A stretch of 26,128 nt of DNA from a virus (IMGVR_UViG_2713897073_000006), one strand, 5' to 3'. Positions 1-8,145 are shown, counted from the first letter of the stretch. Notes: generated by a model not told the origin, from the letters alone. Made by a program: numbers and translations.

Positions 1-1251
1 GTGCTTACCGATACAAAATTAAAAAACCTCAAGCCGCAGGACAAACTGTACAAGGTCTCCGATCGTGACGGGCTGTATGTAGCTGTGCTTACGTCAGGCA
101 CGGTCTCGTTTCGCTATGACTACCGTATCAACGGTCGCCGCGAAACACTGGTAATCGGGCAGTATGGGCGTGACGGTATCAGCCTGGCAGAAGCGCGAGA
201 AGAACTGATTGCTGCAAAGAAGCTGCTTAAAGCAGGCCAGTCACCGGCTGCGGCTAAACGTGACGGTATCAAAAAGATTCGTGGTGCCGAGACGTTTGCG
301 GTACATACCGACAGTTATATGAAACACGTCATCCTGGCTGACAGTACCCGCGCAATGAAACAGGCGGTGATCGACCGTGACATACTTCCGGTTCTTGGCA
401 ATAAAATGATGGCTGAAATTACCACATCGATGGTTCGTGATTTGTGTGACCGGATTGTCGAACGCGGTGGCCGGGCAACAGCAGTGCAGGCCAGGGAGAT
501 CATCAGTAGCGTATACCGTCACGCCAATGACCGTGGTCATGGTTTGTTTAATCCTGCGGCTGACATTAAACCTTCGTCTATCGCCATATTTAAACCACGA
601 GAGCGAACACTGACACCAGAAGAAATTGGCCTGTTCTTCCGCACGCTGGATGCCATTGGTGCTATGGGCACTATGAAAATGGCTTTAAAACTGGTGCTTA
701 TCACTATGGTTCGTAAGGGCGAATTCACCAATGCAACGTGGGATGAAATAGATTTTAAAAAATGGACATGGACAATTCCTCCAGACCGCATGAAGGGAAG
801 CCGGGCGCACGTTATTTACCTGCCTAAACAGGCACAGGATATATTGGTCGGGTTGCAGATGTGCGCTGGTGGAAGTGAATATCTGGTTCCTGGTCGTTAC
901 AATTTCCGGAAGCCATTATCTAATGCCGCGCTGAACTCTCTGATCGACAGAACGGTGAAAATAATAAATGAAGATGGTGAGCATATTCAGGACTTCACTG
1001 TACATGATATGCGCCGTACAGCCAGTACGTTGTTGCATGAGGCTGGTTATCCTTCAGACTGGATTGAAAAGGCTCTGGCACATGAGCAGAAAGGTGTGCG
1101 CGCCGTATATAACAAAGCGGAATACGCCAGACAGCGCGCCTACATGTTGCAGCAGTGGGCCGATATGATTGATTCATGGATTGACGGGGAGCATACGGAT
1201 CTGATTCCGTTCTCCCCGTCGAAGTTTGAGAAGTGGATGGCGGGGGAATAA
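1..1251 (+). CDS. int: Phage integrase, tyrosine recombinase (P4/CP4-57-like)
   Basis: 416-aa ORF. N-terminal MLTDTKLKNLKP...FRYDYRINGRRETL resembles the arm-binding region of P4-type integrases; C-terminal region has HDMRRT (His-x-x-Arg) and a tyrosine in VYNKAEY. Starts with GTG at position 1, so the true start may sit at or just beyond the window edge. Confidence 0.9.
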   Translation: MLTDTKLKNLKPQDKLYKVSDRDGLYVAVLTSGTVSFRYDYRINGRRETLVIGQYGRDGISLAEAREELIAAKKLLKAGQSPAAAKRDGIKKIRGAETFAVHTDSYMKHVILADSTRAMKQAVIDRDILPVLGNKMMAEITTSMVRDLCDRIVERGGRATAVQAREIISSVYRHANDRGHGLFNPAADIKPSSIAIFKPRERTLTPEEIGLFFRTLDAIGAMGTMKMALKLVLITMVRKGEFTNATWDEIDFKKWTWTIPPDRMKGSRAHVIYLPKQAQDILVGLQMCAGGSEYLVPGRYNFRKPLSNAALNSLIDRTVKIINEDGEHIQDFTVHDMRRTASTLLHEAGYPSDWIEKALAHEQKGVRAVYNKAEYARQRAYMLQQWADMIDSWIDGEHTDLIPFSPSKFEKWMAGE

Positions 1252-1254
1252 CGT

Positions 1255-1449
1255 TTAATAGTTCTGCTGATTTTCTTCCATCTCGGCTTCTGCTGCCAGT
1301 GATTCAATTTTATCTGCGAATATTGCTGACAGTGTTGCAAATTCAGCATCAGTGACAGCGGGAATTGGAACAAACCTGATCCCGCTGTGTGCAAGCATGT
1401 TTGCAGTTTCAAGGCATTTCCTTAAATCTGCTGGTGATGCCCGGTTCAT
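1255..1449 (-). CDS. Hypothetical small acidic protein (64 aa)
   Basis: ATG at 1449..1447 overlaps the TGA stop of the upstream methyltransferase gene (ATGA coupling), with GGGAG about 9 nt upstream. Product MNRASPADLRKCLETANMLAHSG...EEMEENQQNY. Last gene of the leftward operon, converging on int. Confidence 0.4.
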   Translation of the reverse strand: MNRASPADLRKCLETANMLAHSGIRFVPIPAVTDAEFATLSAIFADKIESLAAEAEMEENQQNY

Positions 1450-2096
1450 GCTGCACGCTCCCGCCCCTGGTTGTCTGTTGGTGACAGCGGAGCATTGCTG
1501 AATGCATTTGTTAATCTGGCAATATCCAATGCGTATCCAGGGTGTAGTTGCACTGCCGGGTCTTCGCACTGATTACCCCAAACATCGAAGCCATGAGACG
1601 ACTGGCGGGCGAACAGTTCAATGCGAGAAACATCGCCTAACAATTGCACAAGTTTTTCACGAACGACATCTGGTTTTCTTGAATGCTCAAGCCGCGGTGC
1701 GGTAAATGACTGAACGATCCCTGCATTAATGCGCGGAGGTAGTTTTCCCTTTACTGCAAACAGGCAATCTTCACTATTGGCGCGAGTCATGTGTCCCATA
1801 CCCATAACCAGTTTATCTGGTTGTCGACTACCACATTTTATCCATGTGAAGCCCTTCATGGTCATCAGACGGAATCCCCAGGCTTCAACAACTTTTAGCG
1901 CTTCGAGTGGTTGTGTTGGCACCCACCACATGGCCAACAGACAGTTTTCATCGGCCAAATCCCACACAGGAAGGCGGCAGATATCCATCACACTCATAAC
2001 CGGATATTTAAAACCGGCACCGCGATTACCATCTGCGGCTTTGTCCCGGTATACCCAGGGTGGATCTGCATAGATTAGTGTGTATTTCTTAGTCAT
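1446..2096 (-). CDS. MT-A70 family N6-adenine DNA methyltransferase
   Basis: 216-aa ORF with the catalytic DPPW motif near the N-terminus (LIYADPPWVY) and the conserved downstream core typical of phage Dam-like MT-A70 enzymes. Its ATG overlaps the stop of the upstream ORF (ATGACTAA). Confidence 0.85.
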   Translation of the reverse strand: MTKKYTLIYADPPWVYRDKAADGNRGAGFKYPVMSVMDICRLPVWDLADENCLLAMWWVPTQPLEALKVVEAWGFRLMTMKGFTWIKCGSRQPDKLVMGMGHMTRANSEDCLFAVKGKLPPRINAGIVQSFTAPRLEHSRKPDVVREKLVQLLGDVSRIELFARQSSHGFDVWGNQCEDPAVQLHPGYALDIARLTNAFSNAPLSPTDNQGRERAA

Positions 2097-2388
2097 AAAC
2101 CACCCCGCAACATCCTATACCGCTATAGTCGCCACGGCGAAGGCCGTTACCTTTTGTGATACATTGGTCCCTGCGAACCGCGATCCTTGCACGCTCAACA
2201 TCACCAGAAGCAACATCCATACACTGAAGCCAAAGGTGAGCGGCAATGCGGAACTGTCCTTTTTTCTCTCTTTCAATTGCGCGTTTTTCGATCTCTATCG
2301 CCGCAGGAGTAACGGCGACAATCTTTGACGGACTGCGCATTGAAACCTTGTTCATGTGATATTTTTCAAGTCGGCTTAACTTTCTCAC
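2089..2388 (-). CDS. Hypothetical protein (start uncertain: GTG 2388 or ATG 2355/2340)
   Basis: ORF in the leftward operon whose stop overlaps the methyltransferase start. GTG at 2388 is preceded by AGAGGG; the alternative ATG at 2340 is preceded by AAGG. No recognisable domain. Confidence 0.45.
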   Translation of the reverse strand: MRKLSRLEKYHMNKVSMRSPSKIVAVTPAAIEIEKRAIEREKKGQFRIAAHLWLQCMDVASGDVERARIAVRRDQCITKGNGLRRGDYSGIGCCGVVYD

Positions 2389-2497
2389 TTAATCCAACCC
2401 TCTCTGAAAATTAATGCCAGCAGATAAAGCCATGCTGAAACAGAGGCCAGGAATAAGTACCATCCTGACCATTTGCTCCAGTGCCTTAGCAGCACAC

Positions 2498-2746
2498 TCA
2501 TGCAGCGTTGCTCACAGGACGATATACACGTTGCTGAACAGGAGGCTTTTTACCCTGGAACTCTGCCGGGCTTGCTGCCTGACGTTCATCAAGCCAACGC
2601 TCAACTTCATCACGGTTCCATGCGCAGCGTTTGTCAGTGATATACCAGCGTTTAGGAAATTCCCCTGCGCGCTCCATGCGGTCGATAGTGCTCCATGACA
2701 GTGGCACCACCGCCAGGAGTTCCTTCTTACCTAATGCACCTTTCAT
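2498..2746 (-). CDS. AlpA-family (excisionase-like) small DNA-binding regulator
   Basis: 82-aa protein MKGALGKKELLAVVPLSWSTIDRMERAGEFPKRWYITDKRCAWNRDEVERWLDER matches the AlpA / prophage CP4-57 regulatory protein HTH pattern. GAGAGG ribosome-binding site upstream of the ATG. Confidence 0.75.
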   Translation of the reverse strand: MKGALGKKELLAVVPLSWSTIDRMERAGEFPKRWYITDKRCAWNRDEVERWLDERQAASPAEFQGKKPPVQQRVYRPVSNAA

Positions 2747-2795
2747 AAATACCTCTCTTGGTTGCAGTGCGGCGCGCGTGGCGCCGCGGTGGTGG

Positions 2796-3737
2796 TTACA
2801 TAGATGTTTCGTTTAATTCTTCTCGACGAACGCTGTAAACGTCGGTGGCTTTTGCCAGCAGTTCGTCATCATCTGAAAGTTTTTGTGCAATGTATTTGTA
2901 AGCTTTATCCAGTTCGAAGACAGTGCTGTAATTCATCGCTGCGCTGGTAAAGGCCATCAGCATTTCTTCTGGATCACGGCTATCCGCTTTACGCGTTTGC
3001 TCATCAGGCTTTTTCACTTGTTTAGCGTTGATCAGACTGTTCATTCCCGCAGCAGTGGTCGTTTGCGGAGTAATGTCTCGCTCAACGCGCGGTGCCGTTT
3101 CCTGTAATTCGTCTGGTGTGTAGACGCCCATGATTACGTCAGGACAGTGCAGGCGAGACCAGCGTTTTGTCGCAAGGTATGCGAGTTGTTGTTTCGGATC
3201 ACTGGCCCAAAGTGTGGAGTTTCTTACCTGTGCTTGAGACAGCATTAACTCAAGCACTCGAGGTTGATCCTCGCCCTTCATGGTTGCCCATACGCGAACA
3301 CCGCAGCCTTCTTCGTCTTTTAGAGTCCAGCCTGGTGCGATATATGGATTGCCGTTTTTGGATGTTTTCTCAACAAACTTACCGATCACGCGTTCCCACG
3401 GCCCGAACCACTCGTAGTTGATGCGATCTTTTGTTGGCGACATCGTTGAGATAACTGCGTTTACTAATTGGGCTTCATAACCTAGCGTGCCGTTCACAAC
3501 ATGGGTTTTCTGAGCCACGGCAAACGGGTTCATTCCCCACTGCGCAGCCTGCATTGCCACGGCCATGCAATCAGCTGGTTTCCCGGCGAGGTGCGCCGGT
3601 ACCGTTACGCGGCTTTGCGCCATTACCTCGGCGAATTTCATCAGTTGGTTCAAGCCGTCTGGGCTGAAAATAGTTGCAGCAGTTCCAGCGATTGCTGTGT
3701 CTACTGGTGCGTTGATGTTTGCGATGTCGTTGCTCAT
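2796..3737 (-). CDS. recT: RecT/Bet-family single-strand annealing protein
   Basis: The central region (WGMNPFAVAQK...GPWERV...LWASDPKQQLAYLATKRWSRL) parallels the lambda Bet / RecT core. ATG at 3737 has an AGGA ribosome-binding site and overlaps the exonuclease stop (ATGA). The ORF track extends the frame to 3764. Confidence 0.8.
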   Translation of the reverse strand: MSNDIANINAPVDTAIAGTAATIFSPDGLNQLMKFAEVMAQSRVTVPAHLAGKPADCMAVAMQAAQWGMNPFAVAQKTHVVNGTLGYEAQLVNAVISTMSPTKDRINYEWFGPWERVIGKFVEKTSKNGNPYIAPGWTLKDEEGCGVRVWATMKGEDQPRVLELMLSQAQVRNSTLWASDPKQQLAYLATKRWSRLHCPDVIMGVYTPDELQETAPRVERDITPQTTTAAGMNSLINAKQVKKPDEQTRKADSRDPEEMLMAFTSAAMNYSTVFELDKAYKYIAQKLSDDDELLAKATDVYSVRREELNETSM

Positions 3738-4555
3738 ATGTACATATCCTGTTTGCGTGCCCACTCAGGGCGTTTAATGATTTCCACACCGCCCCATTCA
3801 TCATTGATGCGGCATTCGTGATAGGTATTCAGATCCCGGCGGAACAGAGCGTGCCCGGCATCGACATCCTGCGCATCCAGCTCGAACACGCGTACCGGAT
3901 ACCGACCACAATCAATGCTTTCGCTCACGGCAAGAAAGAAAAAACCATGCGGCTGACCAGTAACCCTCATTGCGCCTTCGCGGTACATTGCGTCCTGCAC
4001 GTGGTAGCGGAATTCCTCGATGTGGCGTGCAAAACGGTCCATATCTGCAACCTTTTTCACGTCGACGATTACGTTGTGCTCGTTCAGCCATTTGTCTGGA
4101 CGAATTCGGCACAACTCACCCGTCTCTTCATCGTTCCAGTACATTGATGCTTCGCAGTAACCAGGTGCTTCCAACATCCAGCGTGCCGCCGGATGAGCCA
4201 TTGCGCTATCACGCATCAGCTCCAGTTTTCGCCACTGCTCGACATCAAGTACCGTAATACCCATATCCGCCACATCACGAAGAAATGCTTCTTCGTCAGC
4301 TTTACCTTGTTTTGTCCGACGATCTAATTTCGGTGAAACGATGAAGCGTTTGTCGAATTCTCCAGGTTCCAGAAGCAGACAGTGCAATGCGGTTCCCATA
4401 TCCAGTGCAGACTTTTTCTCTTCGTCTTCTGGTGCTGCCTGAACCCATTTAAGAAGCGCCGGATTCTTGGCAACCATGTCCAGTTGCGACTTACTCACGC
4501 CGTCACCGGCGTGGTAGTCTTCGTTGCTGATGTCGAAATAAATTCCCGGTTTCAT
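3734..4555 (-). CDS. RecE-like PD-(D/E)XK 5'-3' exonuclease, partner of RecT
   Basis: 273-aa ORF immediately upstream of and coupled to the annealing-protein gene. Has a D...(D/E)xK nuclease signature (RIRPDKW ... VIVDVKK). AGAGGGA ribosome-binding site. Confidence 0.75.
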   Translation of the reverse strand: MKPGIYFDISNEDYHAGDGVSKSQLDMVAKNPALLKWVQAAPEDEEKKSALDMGTALHCLLLEPGEFDKRFIVSPKLDRRTKQGKADEEAFLRDVADMGITVLDVEQWRKLELMRDSAMAHPAARWMLEAPGYCEASMYWNDEETGELCRIRPDKWLNEHNVIVDVKKVADMDRFARHIEEFRYHVQDAMYREGAMRVTGQPHGFFFLAVSESIDCGRYPVRVFELDAQDVDAGHALFRRDLNTYHECRINDEWGGVEIIKRPEWARKQDMYI

Positions 4556-4851
4556 GCCGCGTCCCTCTGCCCATCAAGCTGATCAGCCAGATCCCAGCGC
4601 GCGATAATTGCCATTGCCTCGCGCCGGTAGGCATCCATCAGTTCTTCGAACTCAGGGCTGTCTTTAGCTGCTTCCAGCACTTCCTGGCGAACTCCTTTGC
4701 CTGTTACAACGTCGAAAGTTGAGGCCAGTTGATGAAGCCGGATGGTCTCAATCAGTTCAACTTGTCGGTCATATAGCTGTTCTGACAGGCGGTAGTCCTT
4801 GTCGAATGCCAGCATGATTTTTTGAAGATTTTTCTGCTGATTAACGTTCAT
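4552..4851 (-). CDS. Hypothetical early protein (99 aa)
   Basis: ATG at 4851 with a strong GGGAGGG ribosome-binding site 5 nt upstream. Its stop overlaps the exonuclease start (ATGA). The ORF track's longer version to 4866 lacks a ribosome-binding site. Confidence 0.55.
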   Translation of the reverse strand: MNVNQQKNLQKIMLAFDKDYRLSEQLYDRQVELIETIRLHQLASTFDVVTGKGVRQEVLEAAKDSPEFEELMDAYRREAMAIIARWDLADQLDGQRDAA

Positions 4852-4854
4852 TAT

Positions 4855-5007
4855 CAGCCCTCCCATATCTCGTTATCGTTGGCCACATCGCGAGCTTCTT
4901 TGCTGACGAAAGCCCACTTAATGCCTTCCTGTAAGGTGCGGAACTTCCAGCTCATGAATCCGCATGCAGTAACGCAGTACCAACCGTTGATGATTTTCCA
5001 CTGCATA
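4855..5007 (-). CDS. Hypothetical small protein (50 aa), first gene of the leftward operon
   Basis: Hand-translated MQWKIINGWYCVTACGFMSWKFRTLQEGIKWAFVSKEARDVANDNEIWEG. The stop lies 3 nt before the next ATG, and the gene sits just downstream of the PL-like promoter and operator. Below the ORF-track size cutoff. Confidence 0.3.
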
Positions 5008-5025
5008 ACTTGTTACCTCGGTCTG

Positions 5026-5040
5026 TTACCGTTGAGGTAA
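5026..5040. promoter_or_regulatory. Palindromic operator-like site TTACCgttgaGGTAA (site a)
   Basis: Perfect TTACC-N5-GGTAA inverted repeat, 19 nt upstream of the first leftward gene and overlapping a putative -10 region. Confidence 0.6.
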
Positions 5041-5068
5041 TAATTATGCTTATTTGGTTTGGTGTCAA
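5040..5068 (-). promoter_or_regulatory. Putative PL-like sigma70 promoter for the leftward early operon
   Basis: On the minus strand, TTGACA (complement of 5063-5068) is followed about 16-17 nt later by TAATTA/CATAAT-like hexamers, flanked by operator sites a and b. The -10 assignment is approximate. Confidence 0.4.
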
Positions 5069-5087
5069 TAGATATGAGTTAAAAAAA

Positions 5088-5102
5088 TTACCCGTAAGGT
5101 AA
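5088..5102. promoter_or_regulatory. Palindromic operator-like site TTACCcgtaaGGTAA (site b)
   Basis: Perfect TTACC-N5-GGTAA, 62 bp from site a, on the other side of the putative PL promoter. Confidence 0.6.
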
Positions 5103-5114
5103 TCTATCTGGCAA

Positions 5115-5138
5115 TAAAAAAGCCGCCATGAGGCGGCT
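5115..5138 (-). terminator. Rho-independent terminator downstream of the repressor gene
   Basis: Stem AGCCGCC / GGCGGCT (5121-5127 / 5132-5138) with loop ATGA. On the minus strand the stem is followed by a run of six T (complement of AAAAAA at 5115-5120). Confidence 0.7.
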
Positions 5139-5159
5139 TACTTGCTGAAAACTATAGTT

Positions 5160-5744
5160 TTATTGTTTGCTTTTTTCGTTCTGGTTGATGACAAATTCAA
5201 TGTAACTTTCGATCTTTGCCTTCTCTGTTTCAGGTAACAATGCGTAGCGCGAGCGGTCATAGTTGATAGTCGCGGGGTCGTGCGGGTGAATCAGTAATTC
5301 ATATCCGTGACGCCCAAATGCGGATGCAACATTCTCCAGGGTGGAAATGGAAACGCTGACCTCATTGTTTAACAGGCGGCTGATTGTTACCTGGGCGACG
5401 CCGGATGCGCGGTGAAGTTTTCCCTGCGTTGAAAGGTCGCGGCTTTCGCTCATCCAGCGTTCCAGGTTGTGAGCCGCCAGTTGACCAATGTCGCTTGGTC
5501 CGACAGGCTGAAAACCTTCCTGAGAAAGCGAGCGATCGATATCAAGCCAGTTACGGGGTTTATTGGCGGCAGCTTCAATTTTTCGCGCAACCTGGTCGCC
5601 GATAACCTTCTTGCCAAGAGCCCAGCGGTTTACCAGATTTGCCTGAGTTCCAAGTTTTTCAGCCATCCGCGTCTGAACACCATTGAATTCACGGTCGATC
5701 AAGTCGTTGAGATTTTGCCTGCGGACGTCCTGGATACTTTTCAT
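5160..5744 (-). CDS. Prophage repressor, two HTH-like segments and no S24 peptidase domain
   Basis: 194-aa ORF divergent from the Cro-like gene. HTH-like segments QTRMAEKLGTQANLVNRWALGKK and ASGVAQVTISRLLNNEVSVSISTLENVASAFG. No Ala-Gly / Ser-Lys autocleavage module is visible. Confidence 0.75.
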   Translation of the reverse strand: MKSIQDVRRQNLNDLIDREFNGVQTRMAEKLGTQANLVNRWALGKKVIGDQVARKIEAAANKPRNWLDIDRSLSQEGFQPVGPSDIGQLAAHNLERWMSESRDLSTQGKLHRASGVAQVTISRLLNNEVSVSISTLENVASAFGRHGYELLIHPHDPATINYDRSRYALLPETEKAKIESYIEFVINQNEKSKQ

Positions 5745-5799
5745 TTTCTGGAAAATCGCCTCATATCTGAATCAGAAGATGATTCAATTTAAAGCAATA

Positions 5800-5814
5800 T
5801 TACCCAACAGGTAA
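5800..5814. promoter_or_regulatory. Palindromic operator-like site TTACCcaacaGGTAA (site c)
   Basis: Perfect TTACC-N5-GGTAA in the repressor/cro divergent region, on the repressor (PRM) side. Confidence 0.6.
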
Positions 5815-5844
5815 ATGCACCTCATGGGTAACTATCCTTGATTT

Positions 5845-5873
5845 TTGTTACCTTATAGGTGAATATTTATTAT
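5845..5873 (+). promoter_or_regulatory. Putative PR promoter (-35 TTGTTA, -10 TATTAT) with operator site d in the spacer
   Basis: TTGTTA at 5845-5850, 17-bp spacer, TATTAT at 5868-5873, about 25 nt upstream of the Cro-like ATG. The spacer holds TTACCttataGGTGA (5848-5862), a one-mismatch copy of the operator motif. Confidence 0.5.
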
Positions 5874-5898
5874 CTGAAATAAATATCAGGCAATAGCT

Positions 5899-6129
5899 AT
5901 GAGCGATAACGGACATTTCGATTTCAAAAAGCACTGGCTTGCACTTACTCCGGATGAGCGTGAAGCCTTCGCACAGGAAGCCGGAACGACGAGTCACTAT
6001 ATCCAGACTCACTTAACAGGTAAGCGCAAAATGCCAGGTAAGGTATTGATGGATGGGCTTTTTAAAGCCTGTAAATCAAGACAATGGCTGCGCTCAAAAG
6101 CAGAACTGGCATACTTCTTCTACTCATGA
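5899..6129 (+). CDS. Cro-like / YdaS-type small HTH regulator
   Basis: 76-aa ORF divergent from the repressor, with an HTH-like segment EAFAQEAGTTSHYIQTHLTGKRKMP. Position and size match a Cro-type early regulator. Confidence 0.6.
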   Translation: MSDNGHFDFKKHWLALTPDEREAFAQEAGTTSHYIQTHLTGKRKMPGKVLMDGLFKACKSRQWLRSKAELAYFFYS

Positions 6130-6150
6130 TATCCAGCCACAACCCTCTGT

Positions 6151-6174
6151 AGACCGCCATCCGGCGGTCTTTTC
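6151..6174 (+). terminator. tR1-like rho-independent terminator after the Cro-like gene
   Basis: Stem AGACCGCC / GGCGGTCT (6151-6158 / 6163-6170), loop ATCC, then TTTT. Confidence 0.65.
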
Positions 6175-6185
6175 ATATCTATTCG

Positions 6186-6200
6186 TACCTCAAGGGTAAT
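6186..6200. promoter_or_regulatory. Operator-like site GTACCtcaagGGTAA (site e, one mismatch)
   Basis: Imperfect copy of the TTACC-N5-GGTAA motif between the tR1-like terminator and the cII-position gene. Confidence 0.4.
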
Positions 6201-6279
6201 AAAAAACCAAATATGGTTGATCTTTTTTTTGTGTCAGCACAAAATAACCGTAATCCCAATACTAATAACAGGGCTTACC

Positions 6280-6480
6280 ATGGAAATCATTACACGTATT
6301 GATGCCGCAAAGCGCGGACTTAAACGCTACTACACCGGAAAAACATGTAAGCACGGACATGACAGTGAACGCTGGGTTTACAACGGACACTGTGTTGAGT
6401 GCACCATGGAATCAAACCGTCGTATCAGGGCAGAGATTAAGCAGATCATGATTAATTCCTCCCCACAACATTCAAGCTGA
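6280..6480 (+). CDS. Small zinc-finger protein in the cII position (function unknown)
   Basis: ATG at 6280 gives 66 aa, MEIITRIDAAKRGLKRYYTGKTCKHGHDSERWVYNGHCVECTMES..., with a C-x-H-x-H ... H-C-x2-C metal-binding pattern. The ORF-track version starts at a TTG at 6217 with no ribosome-binding site. Confidence 0.5.
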   Translation: MEIITRIDAAKRGLKRYYTGKTCKHGHDSERWVYNGHCVECTMESNRRIRAEIKQIMINSSPQHSS

Positions 6481-6495
6481 TAGCGGAGATTAATC

Positions 6496-7311
6496 ATGAG
6501 CAGACATGCAACAGATTGGGCCTGGGAGACAGATCCAGATAGCTCGTCATTAAAGCTCATACTGCTCTCGATGGCTGACAGAGCCGATGAATATAACCTC
6601 TGCTACCCCAGCATAGAACGCCTCGTTAAAGACACTTGCCTGAATAAAAAAACCGTGCAGGCCGGACTTATATCGCTCATGAAAATGGGGCTTATTTCAG
6701 ATACCGGGGAGAGAAAGGGAGCGACAAAAAGAGTGCGGGTTTTCTCTCTTAATATAACCAAAAACGGGAACATTAAAGGCAACCGAGAGGGGGGCAATGA
6801 ACCCGAAAACGGTAATGTTACCGAAAACGGGAATATACCCAAAAACGGGATGTTGAATGATCCCAAAAACGGGATGTTGAATGATCCCAAAAACGGGATC
6901 CAGAACCAGTCATATAACCAGTCATTTAACCAAGAGAGGGAGAGCAGGACAAAAAACGGGGATTCTGTGCATCATGACCCCGGCGCAAACAACGCCGTGA
7001 TGAATAACTTTGTTCCTCCTGGTGGGCCAGGGCAATTAGGCAAATTTGTCATGCATGAACAATGGCAGCCATCAGATGACTTTCTTCGGAAAAGCTCATT
7101 GCAGGGGATCTACCTGGACAGTCTGCCAACGGCACAGGAACTTGCAGAGTTCAGAATTTACTGGATGGCTGAGGGTAAGGCATACCATCAGGCACAGTGG
7201 GAGCAGAAGCTGGCAAGGCGGCTGCAGATTAGCAGACAGAAGCAATCAACATTACCTGATAACAACGTTCCGCACTGGAACAGCCCTGAAGCATGGGAGG
7301 ATTTCTTGTGA
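6496..7311 (+). CDS. Replication initiator, lambda O-like (phage replisome organiser)
   Basis: 271-aa ORF. N-terminal MSRHATDWAWETDPDSSSLKLILLSMADRADEYNLCYPSIERL is the winged-helix replisome-organiser type. The middle of the gene carries DNA iterons that encode an NG-rich linker. The stop overlaps the P-like start. GGAG ribosome-binding site. Confidence 0.8.
   Translation: MSRHATDWAWETDPDSSSLKLILLSMADRADEYNLCYPSIERLVKDTCLNKKTVQAGLISLMKMGLISDTGERKGATKRVRVFSLNITKNGNIKGNREGGNEPENGNVTENGNIPKNGMLNDPKNGMLNDPKNGIQNQSYNQSFNQERESRTKNGDSVHHDPGANNAVMNNFVPPGGPGQLGKFVMHEQWQPSDDFLRKSSLQGIYLDSLPTAQELAEFRIYWMAEGKAYHQAQWEQKLARRLQISRQKQSTLPDNNVPHWNSPEAWEDFL
6758..6898 (+). repeat. Iteron array (putative origin of replication) inside the O-like gene
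   Basis: Six direct copies of CC(C/G)AAAACGG(G) starting at 6758, 6803, 6821, 6838, 6862 and 6886. The last three sit on exact 24-bp tandem units (cccaaaaacgggatgttgaatgat). A seventh, weaker copy lies near 6949. Confidence 0.7.
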
Positions 7312-8093
7312 ACAACGTTTTTACCGCGATACAAAACCGTGACGGAGAAGCCCTTTCTCGCATGTCAGGTTATGAGCATCAGTACACCAACAATGACAAC
7401 GTAGTGAACATGTCAGCAGAGAGGCTTGTTGATGCCCTTTTCAAACAGTTGAAACAACTGTTTCCGGCGGCAGTGGTAACCAACCTGAAGACGCCAGAGC
7501 AGGAAGTTGCTGCAAAACAGCAGTGGATTGCTGCGTTTGCCGAAGGGGGGATCCGAACCCGTGAACAGGTTTCTGCTGGTATGCGCCACGCCCGCGCCAG
7601 TGAATCTCCGTTCTGGCCGTCGCCAGGGCAATTTATCAAGTGGTGTAAAGACAGCAAGATGGTTCTTGGCGTCACCATTGACGATGTGATGGCGGAGTTT
7701 CACCGGTACAGCAAGGAAAAAAGTTTATATCCTGGTGGTCCCGAAAGATTCCCGTGGCGGCATCCGGTTATGTACTGGGTCGTATGTGATACACGCCGTG
7801 CAATGTATCAGCGCCAGCTTAGCGAGATTGAGGTTGAGAAACACGCGCGCAGGCTGCTCGATGATTGGGCGAAAAAGGTGGCTTCCGGACAGCAGATACC
7901 CGATCCGGTGATCAGCATACAGGCAAAGCCAGAGCCCATGAGTACGCCTCCGGACACAGGGAGAGACGTTTACCATCCACCAGGGCGAAGTTTCGGGTGC
8001 ATGCCTAACGCCGCCACCCTTGGGGGAATAACACCGGCGCAGTGGCTGATGGAGGAATACAGGCGGGGAAAGGCGGCAGGATTTATCAAGTAA
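7308..8093 (+). CDS. Replication protein P-like (DnaB helicase loader)
   Basis: Protein contains FWPSPGQFIKWC, matching the lambda P motif FLPSPGQFVAWC, and the flanking regions align. GTG at 7308 overlaps the O stop (GTGA) with GGGAGG 7 nt upstream; an alternative ATG lies at 7293. Confidence 0.8.
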   Translation: MNNVFTAIQNRDGEALSRMSGYEHQYTNNDNVVNMSAERLVDALFKQLKQLFPAAVVTNLKTPEQEVAAKQQWIAAFAEGGIRTREQVSAGMRHARASESPFWPSPGQFIKWCKDSKMVLGVTIDDVMAEFHRYSKEKSLYPGGPERFPWRHPVMYWVVCDTRRAMYQRQLSEIEVEKHARRLLDDWAKKVASGQQIPDPVISIQAKPEPMSTPPDTGRDVYHPPGRSFGCMPNAATLGGITPAQWLMEEYRRGKAAGFIK

Positions 8094-8098
8094 TACCA

Positions 8099-8118
8099 GC
8101 GCGATAGCGCATTTTTTT
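8099..8118 (+). terminator. Weak terminator-like hairpin plus T-run after the P-like gene
   Basis: Short stem GCGC / GCGC around GATA (8099-8110) followed by seven T. The stem is only 4 bp, so this is tentative. Confidence 0.35.
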
Positions 8119-8130
8119 ACGTCTATATGA

Positions 8131-8145
8131 TTACCTGGAAGGTAA
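8131..8145. promoter_or_regulatory. Palindromic operator-like site TTACCtggaaGGTAA (site f)
   Basis: Perfect motif upstream of the virion operon; forms a pair with site g. Confidence 0.6.

Noticed and set aside
1252-1445. Possible attachment site (attP/attL core) or tRNA fragment next to the integrase
   Set aside because: No tRNA-like sequence or repeat is recognisable here. The att core is more likely upstream of position 1, outside the window.
6217-6480. Long TTG-initiated version of the cII-position ORF
   Set aside because: The hydrophobic N-terminal extension comes from a TTG without a ribosome-binding site and overlaps operator site e. The ATG at 6280 is more plausible.
6838-6909. Tandem 24-bp repeats as a possible CRISPR array or minisatellite
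   Set aside because: The repeats are inside an intact reading frame, lack spacer-type unique sequences, and fit replication-origin iterons of an O-like initiator.
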